This document shows positions 17,489-27,257 of a stretch of 44,322 bases of DNA, piece after piece (the stretch's first letter is position 1; every line of letters begins with the position of its first letter). The translations under genes were made by a program, and so were the position numbers. The DNA is taken from positions 1 through 44,322 of the forward strand of contig JAUQVK010000016.1 in assembly GCA_039794845.1 (NCBI GenBank). Reading direction: 5' to 3'. The notes beneath the pieces are model-generated. The model saw only the letters and a list, made by a program, of their open reading frames with translations, did not search any database and had not been told where the DNA came from. This DNA comes from Thermostichus sp. DRC_bins_24. Its GTDB lineage: Bacteria > Cyanobacteriota > Cyanobacteriia > Thermostichales > Thermostichaceae.

Positions 17489-18829
17489 ATGAAAACGAAA
17501 AGGCTCATGCGTGAAACTTGGCCGCGGCCCTCTCGACAGTGGGGCTGGGCGGGACTTTCGGTTCTGTTGCTTGCTGTGGGCGGGGTCGGCGGATGGATGG
17601 TGGGATCCCGTAGGGTGCCGACCCTCTCCAGTCCTCCGGTCCAAGACGCGCCCCTGGCCCTCCAGACCGTGGTGGTTAGCCCGCAACTCCTCAGCAGCGA
17701 ACGGACTCTGGTGGGCAGCTTGGAGGCCATAGAACGTGTCAGCCTCAGCAGCCGTATTGTCGGTCGAATCCTGGAGTTTCCGGTTCAGGAGGGCCAGCAG
17801 GTTGCTGCCGGATCCCTGATTGCCCGTTTGGATGTAAGCGATGTTCAGGCGGTGCTGCAACAAGCCCAAGCGCAACGACAACAGGCGGAGGCGCAACTGC
17901 AACAGGCCCAAGCCAACCGAATCGCCGCTCAAGCGGGATTGAGGGGTGCTGAGGCTGGACTCCACCAGGCGCAAGCGCAAAAACAGGAAGCTGAGGCGGA
18001 GCTCAATGAGGCGCGGCTGCACCAGCAACGCATGCAAACTTTGCAGACCGAAGGTGCGGTCACGCAGGCCCAGTTGGATCAGGCCAATACCCGTGTGGCG
18101 GTGATCCTGGCCCGCATTGCCCAAACGGAGGCCGGGATCCAGCAGGCAGAACGGGGGATCGCGCAGGCCCAAGCCCAAATGGCTCAAGCCAACAGTGGGA
18201 TCCCGCAGGCTCAGGCCGCCATTGCCCAGGCCGAAGCGGTGATCGCCCAAAGCCAAGCCAACCTGGACTATGGGCGCGTTGTGGCTCCTTTTGCCGGGGT
18301 GATTACCCGCAAGTACGGAGAAGTGGGATCCCTGGCGGGGCCGGGGCAACCTTTGGTGCAGCTGGAGAGTACGGAGCGGCTGCGGTTCTCCCTGTCGGTG
18401 CCCGAGTCTCAGGTGGCCCAGATCCAAGTGGGGCAGTCGCTGCCGATTGTCATGGATAGCCTCAACCAAACGATCAGGGGCACGATTCGGCAAATCATCC
18501 CCAGTGCGGATCCGGTGGCCAGAACCGTGGTGGTGAAAGTGGAAGTCCCTCCCTTAGCAGGAGGGATCCCGGGATTGCTGGGGCGGGTGACCTGGGTTGG
18601 CCCAACCCGACAAGCCCTGCTGGTTCCTCAGGAGAGCGTGGTGGAGCAGTTTGGGATCACCGGAGTGTATCGGTTGGTGGACGGGCAGGCGGTTTTTACC
18701 CCCATCGTCCTCGGAGCTCGCTATGGCCAACAGGTGGAAATTCACGCAGGGGTCAAGCCCGGAGAACGGGTGATTCGAGAGGCGGCGGCCGTCAAGGCGG
18801 GATCCCTGGTGAGAGACCTGGGATCTTGA
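17489..18829 (+). CDS. RND periplasmic adaptor (membrane fusion protein) with long Gln/Ala-rich coiled coil
   Basis: N-terminal TM; lipoyl half-motifs LSSRIVGRI..VQEGQQV..G and VVAPFAGVIT; IIPSADPVART. Start may be 17489 or 17507. Confidence 0.9.
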   Translation: MKTKRLMRETWPRPSRQWGWAGLSVLLLAVGGVGGWMVGSRRVPTLSSPPVQDAPLALQTVVVSPQLLSSERTLVGSLEAIERVSLSSRIVGRILEFPVQEGQQVAAGSLIARLDVSDVQAVLQQAQAQRQQAEAQLQQAQANRIAAQAGLRGAEAGLHQAQAQKQEAEAELNEARLHQQRMQTLQTEGAVTQAQLDQANTRVAVILARIAQTEAGIQQAERGIAQAQAQMAQANSGIPQAQAAIAQAEAVIAQSQANLDYGRVVAPFAGVITRKYGEVGSLAGPGQPLVQLESTERLRFSLSVPESQVAQIQVGQSLPIVMDSLNQTIRGTIRQIIPSADPVARTVVVKVEVPPLAGGIPGLLGRVTWVGPTRQALLVPQESVVEQFGITGVYRLVDGQAVFTPIVLGARYGQQVEIHAGVKPGERVIREAAAVKAGSLVRDLGS

Positions 18830-18857
18830 TGGGCGGTTCTTGACAAGCCCTTCTTCC

Positions 18858-19994
18858 TCAGGGATCCCGAGGGTCGAGGGCATCTCGCAAGCCATCCCCC
18901 AGCAGGTTAAAGGATAAGGAACTGAGCACCACCATCAGGGTCGGGGCCAGCACCAGCCAGGGTTGCAGAATGATCACCGAAGCATTGGTGGCCAGCGAGA
19001 GCATATTGCCCCAGGAGGCATCCGGCTGTTGGATCCCCAATCCGATCAGGCTCAGCACCGACTCCGCCACGATATAACCAGGCACCGCCAGGGTTGCTGA
19101 GATCACCACGTAAGTGGCTGTTTGGGGCAAAATATGGCGCACCATCAAATAAAGGGATCCCGCCCCCGCCACCCGTGCCGCCTGCACAAAGTCTCGCTCC
19201 CGCAACGACAGCACCTGCCCGCGAATGACCCGGGCCAAGCCGGCCCAACCCACAAACGAGACGATTACCACAATCACCAAGAAGCGCTCGGCATTGCTAA
19301 AGGGCAACCCCGTCAGCGGATTCAGCTGCAGCACCGCCGCCAGCGATACCAACAAATACAGCGTCGGAATCGACATCAACACTTCCGCCAAGCGCATCAG
19401 GAGCGTATCCACCCAGCCCCCGAAATAGCCCGAAATAGCCCCCACCAAAAGGCCTATCGGAAACGAAACACCGATGCCCACCAAGCCGATGAACAGGCTA
19501 ATGCGCCCGCCATAGATCAGCCGACTGAAATAGTCCCGGCCTTGATCATCGGTGCCCAGCAGGTTCAACCGCCCAATCCGAAGATCCTCTGCCAGCGGGG
19601 ATTCCTCTGCTTCTGAGGTGGGTTCAGGCCGCAGGGGTACGGTGCCGAACAGATGGCGGTTGGAGGGGATCAGCCCCAACCAGCGGTAAGGGGTGCCTGC
19701 CACAAACAAGCGGATCCCGGCCGGGCGGCTGGTATCGACCAGGAGCGCCCGTTCTCCCGTTTCCAAATCTACCGGCCCTTGGCGGGTGGGATAGACATGA
19801 GGCCCAATCCAAGTGCCGGACTCATCCCGAAAGTGAATGGCGGTGGGGGGTAGAAGGGATCCCTGGGTTTGGGATTGCAGTGGGTTGTAGGGAGCGATGA
19901 ACTCAGCCAAAAGGGCGCAGGTGTAGAAAATCAGGAGGATCAAGGCTCCCACTTGAGCCCATCGATTTCGGCGAAGCCGTTTCCACCATTGCAT
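18858..19994 (-). CDS. Oligopeptide/dipeptide ABC permease (DppC/OppC-like), orphan
   Basis: LLGTDDQGRDYFSRLIYGGRISL; ARVIRGQVLSLRERDFVQAA; FNLLGDGLRDALDP. Confidence 0.92.
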   Translation of the reverse strand: MQWWKRLRRNRWAQVGALILLIFYTCALLAEFIAPYNPLQSQTQGSLLPPTAIHFRDESGTWIGPHVYPTRQGPVDLETGERALLVDTSRPAGIRLFVAGTPYRWLGLIPSNRHLFGTVPLRPEPTSEAEESPLAEDLRIGRLNLLGTDDQGRDYFSRLIYGGRISLFIGLVGIGVSFPIGLLVGAISGYFGGWVDTLLMRLAEVLMSIPTLYLLVSLAAVLQLNPLTGLPFSNAERFLVIVVIVSFVGWAGLARVIRGQVLSLRERDFVQAARVAGAGSLYLMVRHILPQTATYVVISATLAVPGYIVAESVLSLIGLGIQQPDASWGNMLSLATNASVIILQPWLVLAPTLMVVLSSLSFNLLGDGLRDALDPRDP

Positions 19995-20067
19995 AAGGCA
20001 AGGATCCCAGTCGGGCGAGTTGCTGGTACAAAAGCTGGTCTTTACTGTAGCCGAAGTCTGGGGCAGA

Positions 20068-20565
20068 TCAGCCCGCCAGAGAATAACTGGGGCTGTAGAG
20101 GGCCATCATTTCCATCCGGGCTGCCGTGATCGTCTGGGGCAACACCCCCACCAACCGCGCCAGGATCTCATCCGGCAGCTGACTGACCAAATCGGTGGAG
20201 AAAAACTCCTCCAAGCTAAAGAGCAGAACTCGCGCCCGCTGAGCCGGCAGAGGATTATCGGTGATCTGCTGCAGCCAACGCATCCAGTGCAGCCGTTTGG
20301 CATAGGCATTTTGCCGCTCTTGATGGTCTTGGGGGTGCAACAGAACCACATCCCCAATCGGGACAACATTCCCTGACTCCACATCCAGCGGCCCCCCGAC
20401 TGCAGCACCCGGCCCGGCAAATTCGGCATGAAAGGTTTTGCAGATAATCAGAGCGTTGTGCCGCTGTGGATCCACCATCAGCAATTGCCCACTGCTGAGG
20501 CTACGAATCAGCTGACCTGGCTCAGCCCGCTTGACCAAGCTGTGGTTGGGGGAGGTTTCGCTCAT
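20068..20565 (-). CDS. Cyanobacterial-type hypothetical protein with a possible degenerate Crp/Fnr-like architecture
   Basis: HAEFAGPGAAVG motif; C-terminal LPDEILARLVGVLPQTI resembling a Crp-type HTH. Confidence 0.65.
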   Translation of the reverse strand: MSETSPNHSLVKRAEPGQLIRSLSSGQLLMVDPQRHNALIICKTFHAEFAGPGAAVGGPLDVESGNVVPIGDVVLLHPQDHQERQNAYAKRLHWMRWLQQITDNPLPAQRARVLLFSLEEFFSTDLVSQLPDEILARLVGVLPQTITAARMEMMALYSPSYSLAG

Positions 20566-20693
20566 AGTGTTTAGGATATCTCAGTCCTCCCTCTCCTTAC
20601 ATGAGATCTTTAACTTTTGCAGAGCTGCTTGACTCAATCTTTATGTTGGCAGAAGAAGGTCTGGATTAGGCCTTCCTTCCTGCCATGGACAGG

Positions 20694-21755
20694 CTATGGG
20701 TTTGCCCTCAGGATCTCTCCATTTGTATAGATTCTTACCTCTCCAGCTTGGCACTGGCCGATGCGACGGGCATGGGGGTATCCGGCTTTGTGCAGTTCTT
20801 GCAGCAGGTCCGGGGTGTAGCTGGGATCCACCGCCAACAGCAAGCCCCCGCTGGTTTGCGGATCCGCCAACAGCAACTGCTGCCACTCAGCTAGGGAGTC
20901 TGCCTGTACCCCCTCATAGCCCTGCCAATTGCGGCGAGCCGCTCCCGGAAAGATCCCCGCCTCCGCCAGGGAAATGGCCTCCGCCAAGATAGGAATGGAG
21001 GGCAGATCCAGACGGGCCCCTACCCCTGAGCCGTGGCAAACTTCCAGCAAATGCCCCAGCAGCCCAAACCCTGTCACATCCGTCATGGCGTGGAGCTGCG
21101 GTCGCTCGGCCAGTTGGGATCCGATGCAATTGAGCTGGGTCATCACCTGCAACACTTCCCCATAGCCTGCCGCACTCAGCTGGCCTTTTTTTAGAGCCGT
21201 GGTCATCACCCCGATCCCCAGTGGCTTGGTCAGGATCAGGTCATCCCCGGGCTGAGCGGTGGCGTTGCGCCGGATGTGTGCCGGATGGGCCAAGCCTGCC
21301 GCCACCAGGCCAAAAATGGGTTCGGGAGAATCGATGGAGTGCCCCCCCGCCAAAGGGATCCCGGCTGCTTGGCAGACCTTCATCCCTCCGGCCATGATCC
21401 CCTGAATGGCTGGCATCGGCAGGGTGTTGATCGGCATGCCCAGAACCGCCAGCGCCAAAATCGGCGTTCCCCCCATCGCGTAAACATCGGAAAGGGCATT
21501 GGTCGCCGCGATGCGACCAAAATCCACCGGATCATCCACGATCGGCATGAAAAAGTCGGTGGTTAAGATCAGGGCCTGGCTGTCATTGAGCCGATAGACG
21601 GCGGCATCATCACGGGTTTCTGCCCCCACCAACAGCGCCGGATTGGCCGCCAGCAGAGGCATATCCCTGAGAATTTGCTGCAATTGAGCCGGGGCAATTT
21701 TGCAGCCGCAGCCGCCACCGTGGGAGTACTGGGTGAGGCGAATTGAGGCATCCAT
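20694..21755 (-). CDS. selD: Selenide, water dikinase (Cys-type)
   Basis: RLTQYSHGGGCGCKI, DDAAVY, TTDFFMPIVDDP..FGRIAATNALSDVYAMGG, GGHSIDSPEPIFGL, DPQTSGGLL. Confidence 0.96.
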   Translation of the reverse strand: MDASIRLTQYSHGGGCGCKIAPAQLQQILRDMPLLAANPALLVGAETRDDAAVYRLNDSQALILTTDFFMPIVDDPVDFGRIAATNALSDVYAMGGTPILALAVLGMPINTLPMPAIQGIMAGGMKVCQAAGIPLAGGHSIDSPEPIFGLVAAGLAHPAHIRRNATAQPGDDLILTKPLGIGVMTTALKKGQLSAAGYGEVLQVMTQLNCIGSQLAERPQLHAMTDVTGFGLLGHLLEVCHGSGVGARLDLPSIPILAEAISLAEAGIFPGAARRNWQGYEGVQADSLAEWQQLLLADPQTSGGLLLAVDPSYTPDLLQELHKAGYPHARRIGQCQAGEVRIYTNGEILRANP

Positions 21756-21785
21756 GGGGGTGGGAAAACATCGCTTGGTTTTACT

Positions 21786-21830
21786 TTGACATCCACTCCC
21801 AGCAACCCTAACGGGTATGCAGGGAGATTC
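21786..21830 (-). mobile_element. Right end of IS200/IS605 element / 3' part of the TnpB omegaRNA scaffold
   Basis: Minus-strand hairpin CTCCCTGCATACCC-GTTA-GGGTTGCTGGGAG (21796-21826) followed by GGATGTCAA, ending in the TCAA typical of IS200/IS605 right ends. Confidence 0.75.
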
Positions 21831-23061
21831 CCTGGGTCGCCCCAAGGATTTCCTGCTTCAACGCCAGCCAGCTAGACTGGGTGACCCCAGCCCCCGCCGC
21901 CCCGACTCCACAGGCATTTTCAGTTCCCCGTTGCCCACGGGTACAAATCACTTGAGCCGCTGCCACATCCCGGGCCTTGATTGACCCGCACTCAGGACAG
22001 TGGTGGATCCGAGTTGAGAGGTCTTTTCTGACCTCCGCCCCGCAATCCGGGCACTCCTGAGACGTACCTCTCGCATCCACCTTGGCGTAATACACATCCC
22101 GCTTCCAGCACACCCACGGCAAAATCCGGTTCACAAATTGCCCCAGCCCCGCATCGAGGATGTGCTTGCCCAGCATCCCCTTGGCCATGAGGCGAAAGTC
22201 CAAATCTTCCACAAACAGCATCCCTGCATTGTCGCAGAGACGATGGGCCAGCTTGAAATGCCAGTCCTTGCGGATATCCGTGAGGCGCTGGTGTACCCTG
22301 CCAATCTTCTTCTGGAGCTTGTGCCAGTTGTTTGACCCCTGGCGCTTAGTCTTGAGCCTGCGTTGCAGCAATTCCAGCTTGCGGTGCAGCTCATTGAAAA
22401 AGCGGGGTCGCTTGACTTGCAGCCCGTCAGAAGTCGACAAGAAATACTCCAGCCCGACATCAATACCGACTGGGTGTCCGTGAGGGTGCGGGTCGGGGAT
22501 ATTGATATCCGCCTCAAGGCTCAACAGGACAAAATACCCAGATGCCTTACGGACAATCTGGGCCTGCTTCACCCGAAACCAATCAGGAATCTGCCGTGAC
22601 CAGCGCACCTTGACCAACCCAAGCTGGGGTAACTTAATCCCCTCGCTCGTGATGCAGTTCTTCAGCATCTGCGGGAAAACGAAGCTGCGCATCCGATTTG
22701 GCTTTTTGAACCGTGGCAACCCAGATCGCTTAAGCCGCCACGACTCCCACGCTGCCTCCAGGCTACGAATAACCTGTTGAAGCACCTGGGCGTTCGCGGT
22801 CTTGAGTCTAGGGAAATCGGCCTTTGCCGCTGTCAGTGACTTGCACTGCCGAGCATAAGAGGGAAACGGCGTATCCAATGGCAAGATGAACTCCTGCCGA
22901 ATGGAACAGGCATTGATGGCGCACTTGCGGGAATCCAGCCAGTCCTTGCGTTCCCGCAGGGCAAAGTTCCAGACCTTGCGACACACATCAAGAATGTGCT
23001 CAATCTCTGAAACCTGCGCCTCAGTTGGCTCTAGCTTAAATTCCCACGTCAGGTTTAGCAT
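21808..23061 (-). CDS. tnpB: RNA-guided endonuclease TnpB (IS200/IS605 family); no tnpA adjacent
   Basis: N-terminal HTH; RuvC residues in GIDVGL, FVEDL and ARDVAAA all present; Zn finger CPDC..CPEC; no GGGATCCC seen inside. Confidence 0.93.
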   Translation of the reverse strand: MLNLTWEFKLEPTEAQVSEIEHILDVCRKVWNFALRERKDWLDSRKCAINACSIRQEFILPLDTPFPSYARQCKSLTAAKADFPRLKTANAQVLQQVIRSLEAAWESWRLKRSGLPRFKKPNRMRSFVFPQMLKNCITSEGIKLPQLGLVKVRWSRQIPDWFRVKQAQIVRKASGYFVLLSLEADINIPDPHPHGHPVGIDVGLEYFLSTSDGLQVKRPRFFNELHRKLELLQRRLKTKRQGSNNWHKLQKKIGRVHQRLTDIRKDWHFKLAHRLCDNAGMLFVEDLDFRLMAKGMLGKHILDAGLGQFVNRILPWVCWKRDVYYAKVDARGTSQECPDCGAEVRKDLSTRIHHCPECGSIKARDVAAAQVICTRGQRGTENACGVGAAGAGVTQSSWLALKQEILGATQGISLHTR

Positions 23062-23067
23062 AAACCG

Positions 23068-23073
23068 ATTATA
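23068..23073 (-). promoter_or_regulatory. Consensus -10 box TATAAT 6 nt upstream of the tnpB ATG
   Basis: Minus strand reads ...GGT-TATAAT-CGGTTT-ATG; no SD sequence in between. Confidence 0.55.
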
Positions 23074-23338
23074 ACCTAAGAAATGCTTGCCTTTTTCCTA
23101 AACTGTCTCTATTGCTCCCTCCGGTCGCTCGCTGCTGCTGCGCTCGTCCTCCGGCCTACACCCCCAACCAAGCCTATGCCTGCGGCAGGCTCTGCGCCAA
23201 CGGCTATCTTGCTACGCAAGGTGCGGAGCACCATGGTTGGAGCACTGCGACGGATCTTGGTAGCGGCATCTTCAGGCGGATGGGAAAGGGGCGAGCTGGG
23301 TTAAGGTTGAGGGGGATCCCACCATCTGTAGCGTTGCC

Positions 23339-26300
23339 ATGTCTTTCGTTCCCTTGCACCTCCACAGCGAGTACAGCCTCTTGGATGGGGCGAGCCAATT
23401 GCCGCGCCTGATCGATCAGGTGGCTGCCATGGGGTTGCCGGGGCTGGCCCTTACCGACCACGGCGTTATGTACGGAGCGTTGGAGCTGCTGAAACTGTGC
23501 AAAGACAAAGGGATCACCCCGATCATCGGCAATGAGATGTACGTGATCAACGGTGACATCACGGACAAAAACCGCAAATATCCCCGCTATCACCAAATTG
23601 TCTTGGCCAAGAACACCCAGGGCTACAAGAACCTGGTTAAACTGACTACGATTTCCCACCTACAAGGTCTCCAGGGCAAGGGCATTTTTTCACGCCCCTG
23701 CATCAACAAAGCGTATCTGCAGCAGTACAAAGAGGGGTTGATCGTCACCAGCGGCTGCCTGGCGGGGGAAGTGCCCCAAGCGATTTTGCAACGACGACCG
23801 GAAATCGCCCGTGACGTTGCTGCTTGGTACCAGGAACAATTTGGAGAAGACTATTACATCGAGCTTCAGGATCACGGCTCCCAAGAAGATCGCTTTGTCA
23901 ATGTGCAATTGGTGCGCATCGCCCGCGAATTGGGGATCCCACTCATTCTCACCAACGACAGCCATTTCATTTCTTGTTGGGATGTGGAAGCCCACGATGC
24001 CCTGCTCTGCATTCAAACGGGCAAATCACTCACCGAAAGCAATCGTCTTCGCTACAGTGGCACGGAATATTTGAAAAGCCCCGAGGAGATGCGCCGGCTC
24101 TGCCGCGATCATCTGGAACAGGCGGTGATTGATGAGGCCATTGCCAATACCCTGCGGGTCATGGAGAAGATTCAAGGGTATGACTTGTTCGGGGAAATGC
24201 GCATCCCCGACTATCCAACTCCGGCCGGGCACTCCGCCGATAGCTACCTCACGGAATTGGCTTGGCAGGGCCTCCAAAAGCGGGTCGCCGTCGCCCATCC
24301 GGATCAAATTCCCCCCGAGTACCAAGAGCGGCTGCGGTTTGAGCTGAACATCATCCAGCAAAAGGGATTTTCTACGTATTTCTTGGTGGTTTGGGACTAC
24401 ATTCGCTATGCCCGCGAACAAGGGATCCCTGTCGGGCCAGGGCGAGGGTCGGCGGCGGGATCCCTGGTGGCCTATGCGTTGCAAATCACCAATATTGACC
24501 CGGTAAAATATGGCCTGCTGTTCGAGCGATTTTTGAACCCGGAACGGAAATCAATGCCGGATATTGACACGGATTTTTGCATCGAGCGGCGAGGAGAACT
24601 GATTGATTATGTTACCCGTAAGTATGGCCAGGAGCGGGTAGCCCAGATCATCACCTTCAACCGCATGACCTCCAAAGCCATTCTCAAAGATGTTGGTCGA
24701 GTTTTGGATATTCCCTACGCAGAAGCCGACAAAATGGCGAAGTTGATCCCGGTGTCGCGGGGCAAACCTGCCAAGCTGAAAGAGATGATCAGCGAGAACA
24801 CGCCCGCCCCAGAGTTTAAGGAAAAATACGAGAAAGACGCCACCACCCACCGCTGGATTGAGCTAGCCTGTCTGCTGGAGGGCACCAACAAAACCTTTGG
24901 GGTTCATGCTGCCGGGGTTGTCATTGCCAAGGATCCCTTGGATGAGATCGTACCCCTGCAATACAACAACGACGGCCAAATCATTACCCAGTATTCGATG
25001 GATGACATCGAGTCCTTAGGCTTGTTGAAAATGGACTTTTTGGGGTTGCGCAACCTGACGATGATTCAGCGAACGGTAGAACTCATTCGAGAACATGATG
25101 GCGTCGATCTGGATTTGGATAACCTGCCCCTAGATGATGAGAAAACCTACCAGATTTTGGAAAAAGGCGAGTTGGAGGGAATCTTTCAATTAGAATCTTC
25201 CGGCATGAAACAGGTAGTGCGGGAGCTCAAGCCTTCCAATTTGGAGGATATTTCCTCGGTGTTGGCCCTGTACCGGCCAGGCCCCTTGGATACGGGTATG
25301 ATCCCCGATTTCATCGATCGCAAACACGGGCGCAAACCCGTCACCTACGCCCACGAGCTCCTCAAACCCATCCTCCAAGACACCTACGGGGCGATTCTCT
25401 ACCAGGAACAGATCATGCGCATCGCCCAGGATATGGCGGGATATACCCTAGGGCAAGCGGATCTGCTGCGGCGGGCGATGGGGAAAAAGAAAGTTTCTGA
25501 GATGGAGAAACACCGCGAGCAATTTGTGCAAGGGGCAGCAGAGCGGGGGGTGAGCAAGGCAGTTGCCACAGAATTGTTTGATCAAATGGTTGCTTTTGCC
25601 GAGTATTGCTTCAATAAATCCCATTCCACCGCCTATGGTTTTGTAACCTTTCAAACGGCTTACCTCAAGGCCAATTACCCCACAGAATATATGGCAGCCT
25701 TGCTCTCATCGGTGGGGGGGGATCAGGATAAAGTACAGCGATACATTACCTACTGTCTATCCATCGGGATCCAAATTCAGCCGCCGGATATCAACCGTTC
25801 TGGCTTGGACTTCACTCCCCAGGGATCCAGTATTTTGTTTGGTTTAGGGGCTGTCAAAAACGTAGGAGAGGGAGCCATCCAAAACATTTTGACCGCACGT
25901 CAGACGGAAGGACCTTTCGCCTCTCTGGCCAATTTCTGTGAGCGAGTGGATCTGCGCACCGTGAACCGACGTGCCATAGAAGCCCTGATTCATGCGGGTG
26001 CTTTTGACCGAATTTCCGGTAACCGCAAACAGTTGATCGCCGATTTGGATCCGATTCTCACTTGGGCGGCGGATCGGGCCAAATCCAAAGCCATCGGCCA
26101 GGTGAGTTTGTTCGATCTGTTGGGGGGTGGCAGCAGCACTGGTAATGGCTTTGTGGAGGCTCCTCGGGGGCCGGTTACAGAAGATTTTCCGCCCCAAGAA
26201 AAGCTGAAACTAGAACGAGAACTGTTGGGCTTCTATGTTTCGGATCATCCACTGCGACGCATTCAAGAACAAGCACGACTCCTAGCCCCGGTAAACCTCT

Positions 26301-26836
26301 CTGATCTGGGCAACTGTGCAGCCGATACCACCGTCAGCGTCCTGGCTCTAATCACCGCCATTAAAACCGTGACGACCAAGAAAGGGGATCGCATGGCCAT
26401 TTTGCAACTGGAAGATCTGACGGGCAGCTGTGAAGGGGTAATCTTCCCTAAAACCTACGAACGTCTACAAAATCGCCTCGAGGTGGATCAACGGCTGTTG
26501 ATCTGGGCCAAGGTGGATCAACGGGATGAGCAAGTCCAATTGATCATCGAGGAATTACAACCGATTGAGTCTGTAGATTGGATAGCTGTAGAGATCCCTA
26601 TTGAGGCTGCTGGATCACTAGAAGATCGCTACCGTTTACAAACTTTAATCGCTCAACAACGCTCCGAAACCAAAGAAGAAAACCGTGTCCCAATCGTAGC
26701 TGCTATTACCGCTCACCCCTGCAAAGTTTGGGTGAGAATGGGATCCCAGTTTTGTGTCAAGAATGCTCAAGCTGCTGTTGAAGCCCTACGTCAGGCCGGA
26801 TACACTGCCCGCAGAGAATCGCTGTTGTCTGGTTGA
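23339..26836 (+). CDS. dnaE: DNA polymerase III alpha subunit, contiguous and intein-free
   Basis: PHP motifs [12 protein letters not shown] and [33 protein letters not shown] is contiguous. Confidence 0.98.
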   Translation: MSFVPLHLHSEYSLLDGASQLPRLIDQVAAMGLPGLALTDHGVMYGALELLKLCKDKGITPIIGNEMYVINGDITDKNRKYPRYHQIVLAKNTQGYKNLVKLTTISHLQGLQGKGIFSRPCINKAYLQQYKEGLIVTSGCLAGEVPQAILQRRPEIARDVAAWYQEQFGEDYYIELQDHGSQEDRFVNVQLVRIARELGIPLILTNDSHFISCWDVEAHDALLCIQTGKSLTESNRLRYSGTEYLKSPEEMRRLCRDHLEQAVIDEAIANTLRVMEKIQGYDLFGEMRIPDYPTPAGHSADSYLTELAWQGLQKRVAVAHPDQIPPEYQERLRFELNIIQQKGFSTYFLVVWDYIRYAREQGIPVGPGRGSAAGSLVAYALQITNIDPVKYGLLFERFLNPERKSMPDIDTDFCIERRGELIDYVTRKYGQERVAQIITFNRMTSKAILKDVGRVLDIPYAEADKMAKLIPVSRGKPAKLKEMISENTPAPEFKEKYEKDATTHRWIELACLLEGTNKTFGVHAAGVVIAKDPLDEIVPLQYNNDGQIITQYSMDDIESLGLLKMDFLGLRNLTMIQRTVELIREHDGVDLDLDNLPLDDEKTYQILEKGELEGIFQLESSGMKQVVRELKPSNLEDISSVLALYRPGPLDTGMIPDFIDRKHGRKPVTYAHELLKPILQDTYGAILYQEQIMRIAQDMAGYTLGQADLLRRAMGKKKVSEMEKHREQFVQGAAERGVSKAVATELFDQMVAFAEYCFNKSHSTAYGFVTFQTAYLKANYPTEYMAALLSSVGGDQDKVQRYITYCLSIGIQIQPPDINRSGLDFTPQGSSILFGLGAVKNVGEGAIQNILTARQTEGPFASLANFCERVDLRTVNRRAIEALIHAGAFDRISGNRKQLIADLDPILTWAADRAKSKAIGQVSLFDLLGGGSSTGNGFVEAPRGPVTEDFPPQEKLKLERELLGFYVSDHPLRRIQEQARLLAPVNLSDLGNCAADTTVSVLALITAIKTVTTKKGDRMAILQLEDLTGSCEGVIFPKTYERLQNRLEVDQRLLIWAKVDQRDEQVQLIIEELQPIESVDWIAVEIPIEAAGSLEDRYRLQTLIAQQRSETKEENRVPIVAAITAHPCKVWVRMGSQFCVKNAQAAVEALRQAGYTARRESLLSG

Positions 26837-26850
26837 GTTGGGGATTGGAG

Positions 26851-27252
26851 ATGTTGAAAACTGTAGGCTATGGGCTGTTGGGATCCCTGATTTTGTTGAC
26901 AGCTTGTTCTTCTTCCACAGGGACGGTCAGCCCCAGCCCCGATATCCGCGGGTTGGCGACGGTTGAGGAGGTGGATATTTTGATCCTCACTACTTCAGAA
27001 CCGCCCCAAATTGGGGTGGACGTGCGCGGATTTGTCGGGGATCCCTGTACCCGATTGCAAGAGCCGATCATCACCTCTTTGCCGGAGACTCGCTCCTTCA
27101 CGGTTACTCTAGAAACCCTGCGTCCTGCGGACGTGGTTTGTATTCAGATGTTAGCCCCTTTTGAGATCTCTTTTCGACTGCCGATGACGGGCCTACCGCG
27201 CGGAGCATACACGGTGTCGGTGAATGGGGTTTCTGAGCCTTTCTTTTATTGA
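26851..27252 (+). CDS. Putative lipoprotein
   Basis: Lipobox LLTAC after a hydrophobic signal; GGAG RBS; DPC..VCIQML..GAYTVSVNG beta-rich domain. Confidence 0.75.
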   Translation: MLKTVGYGLLGSLILLTACSSSTGTVSPSPDIRGLATVEEVDILILTTSEPPQIGVDVRGFVGDPCTRLQEPIITSLPETRSFTVTLETLRPADVVCIQMLAPFEISFRLPMTGLPRGAYTVSVNGVSEPFFY

Positions 27253-27257
27253 GCCTG

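Noticed and set aside
17453..18493. 346-aa minus-strand Leu/Arg-rich ORF
   Set aside because: Antisense shadow of the Gln/Ala repeat coding of the RND adaptor.
20694..21755. Selenocysteine recoding in selD
   Set aside because: The active-site motif is GCGCK with Cys codons; no in-frame TGA.
23083..23304. Possible tnpA upstream of tnpB
   Set aside because: No HUH/Y1 or serine-recombinase motifs in the small ORFs of this region.
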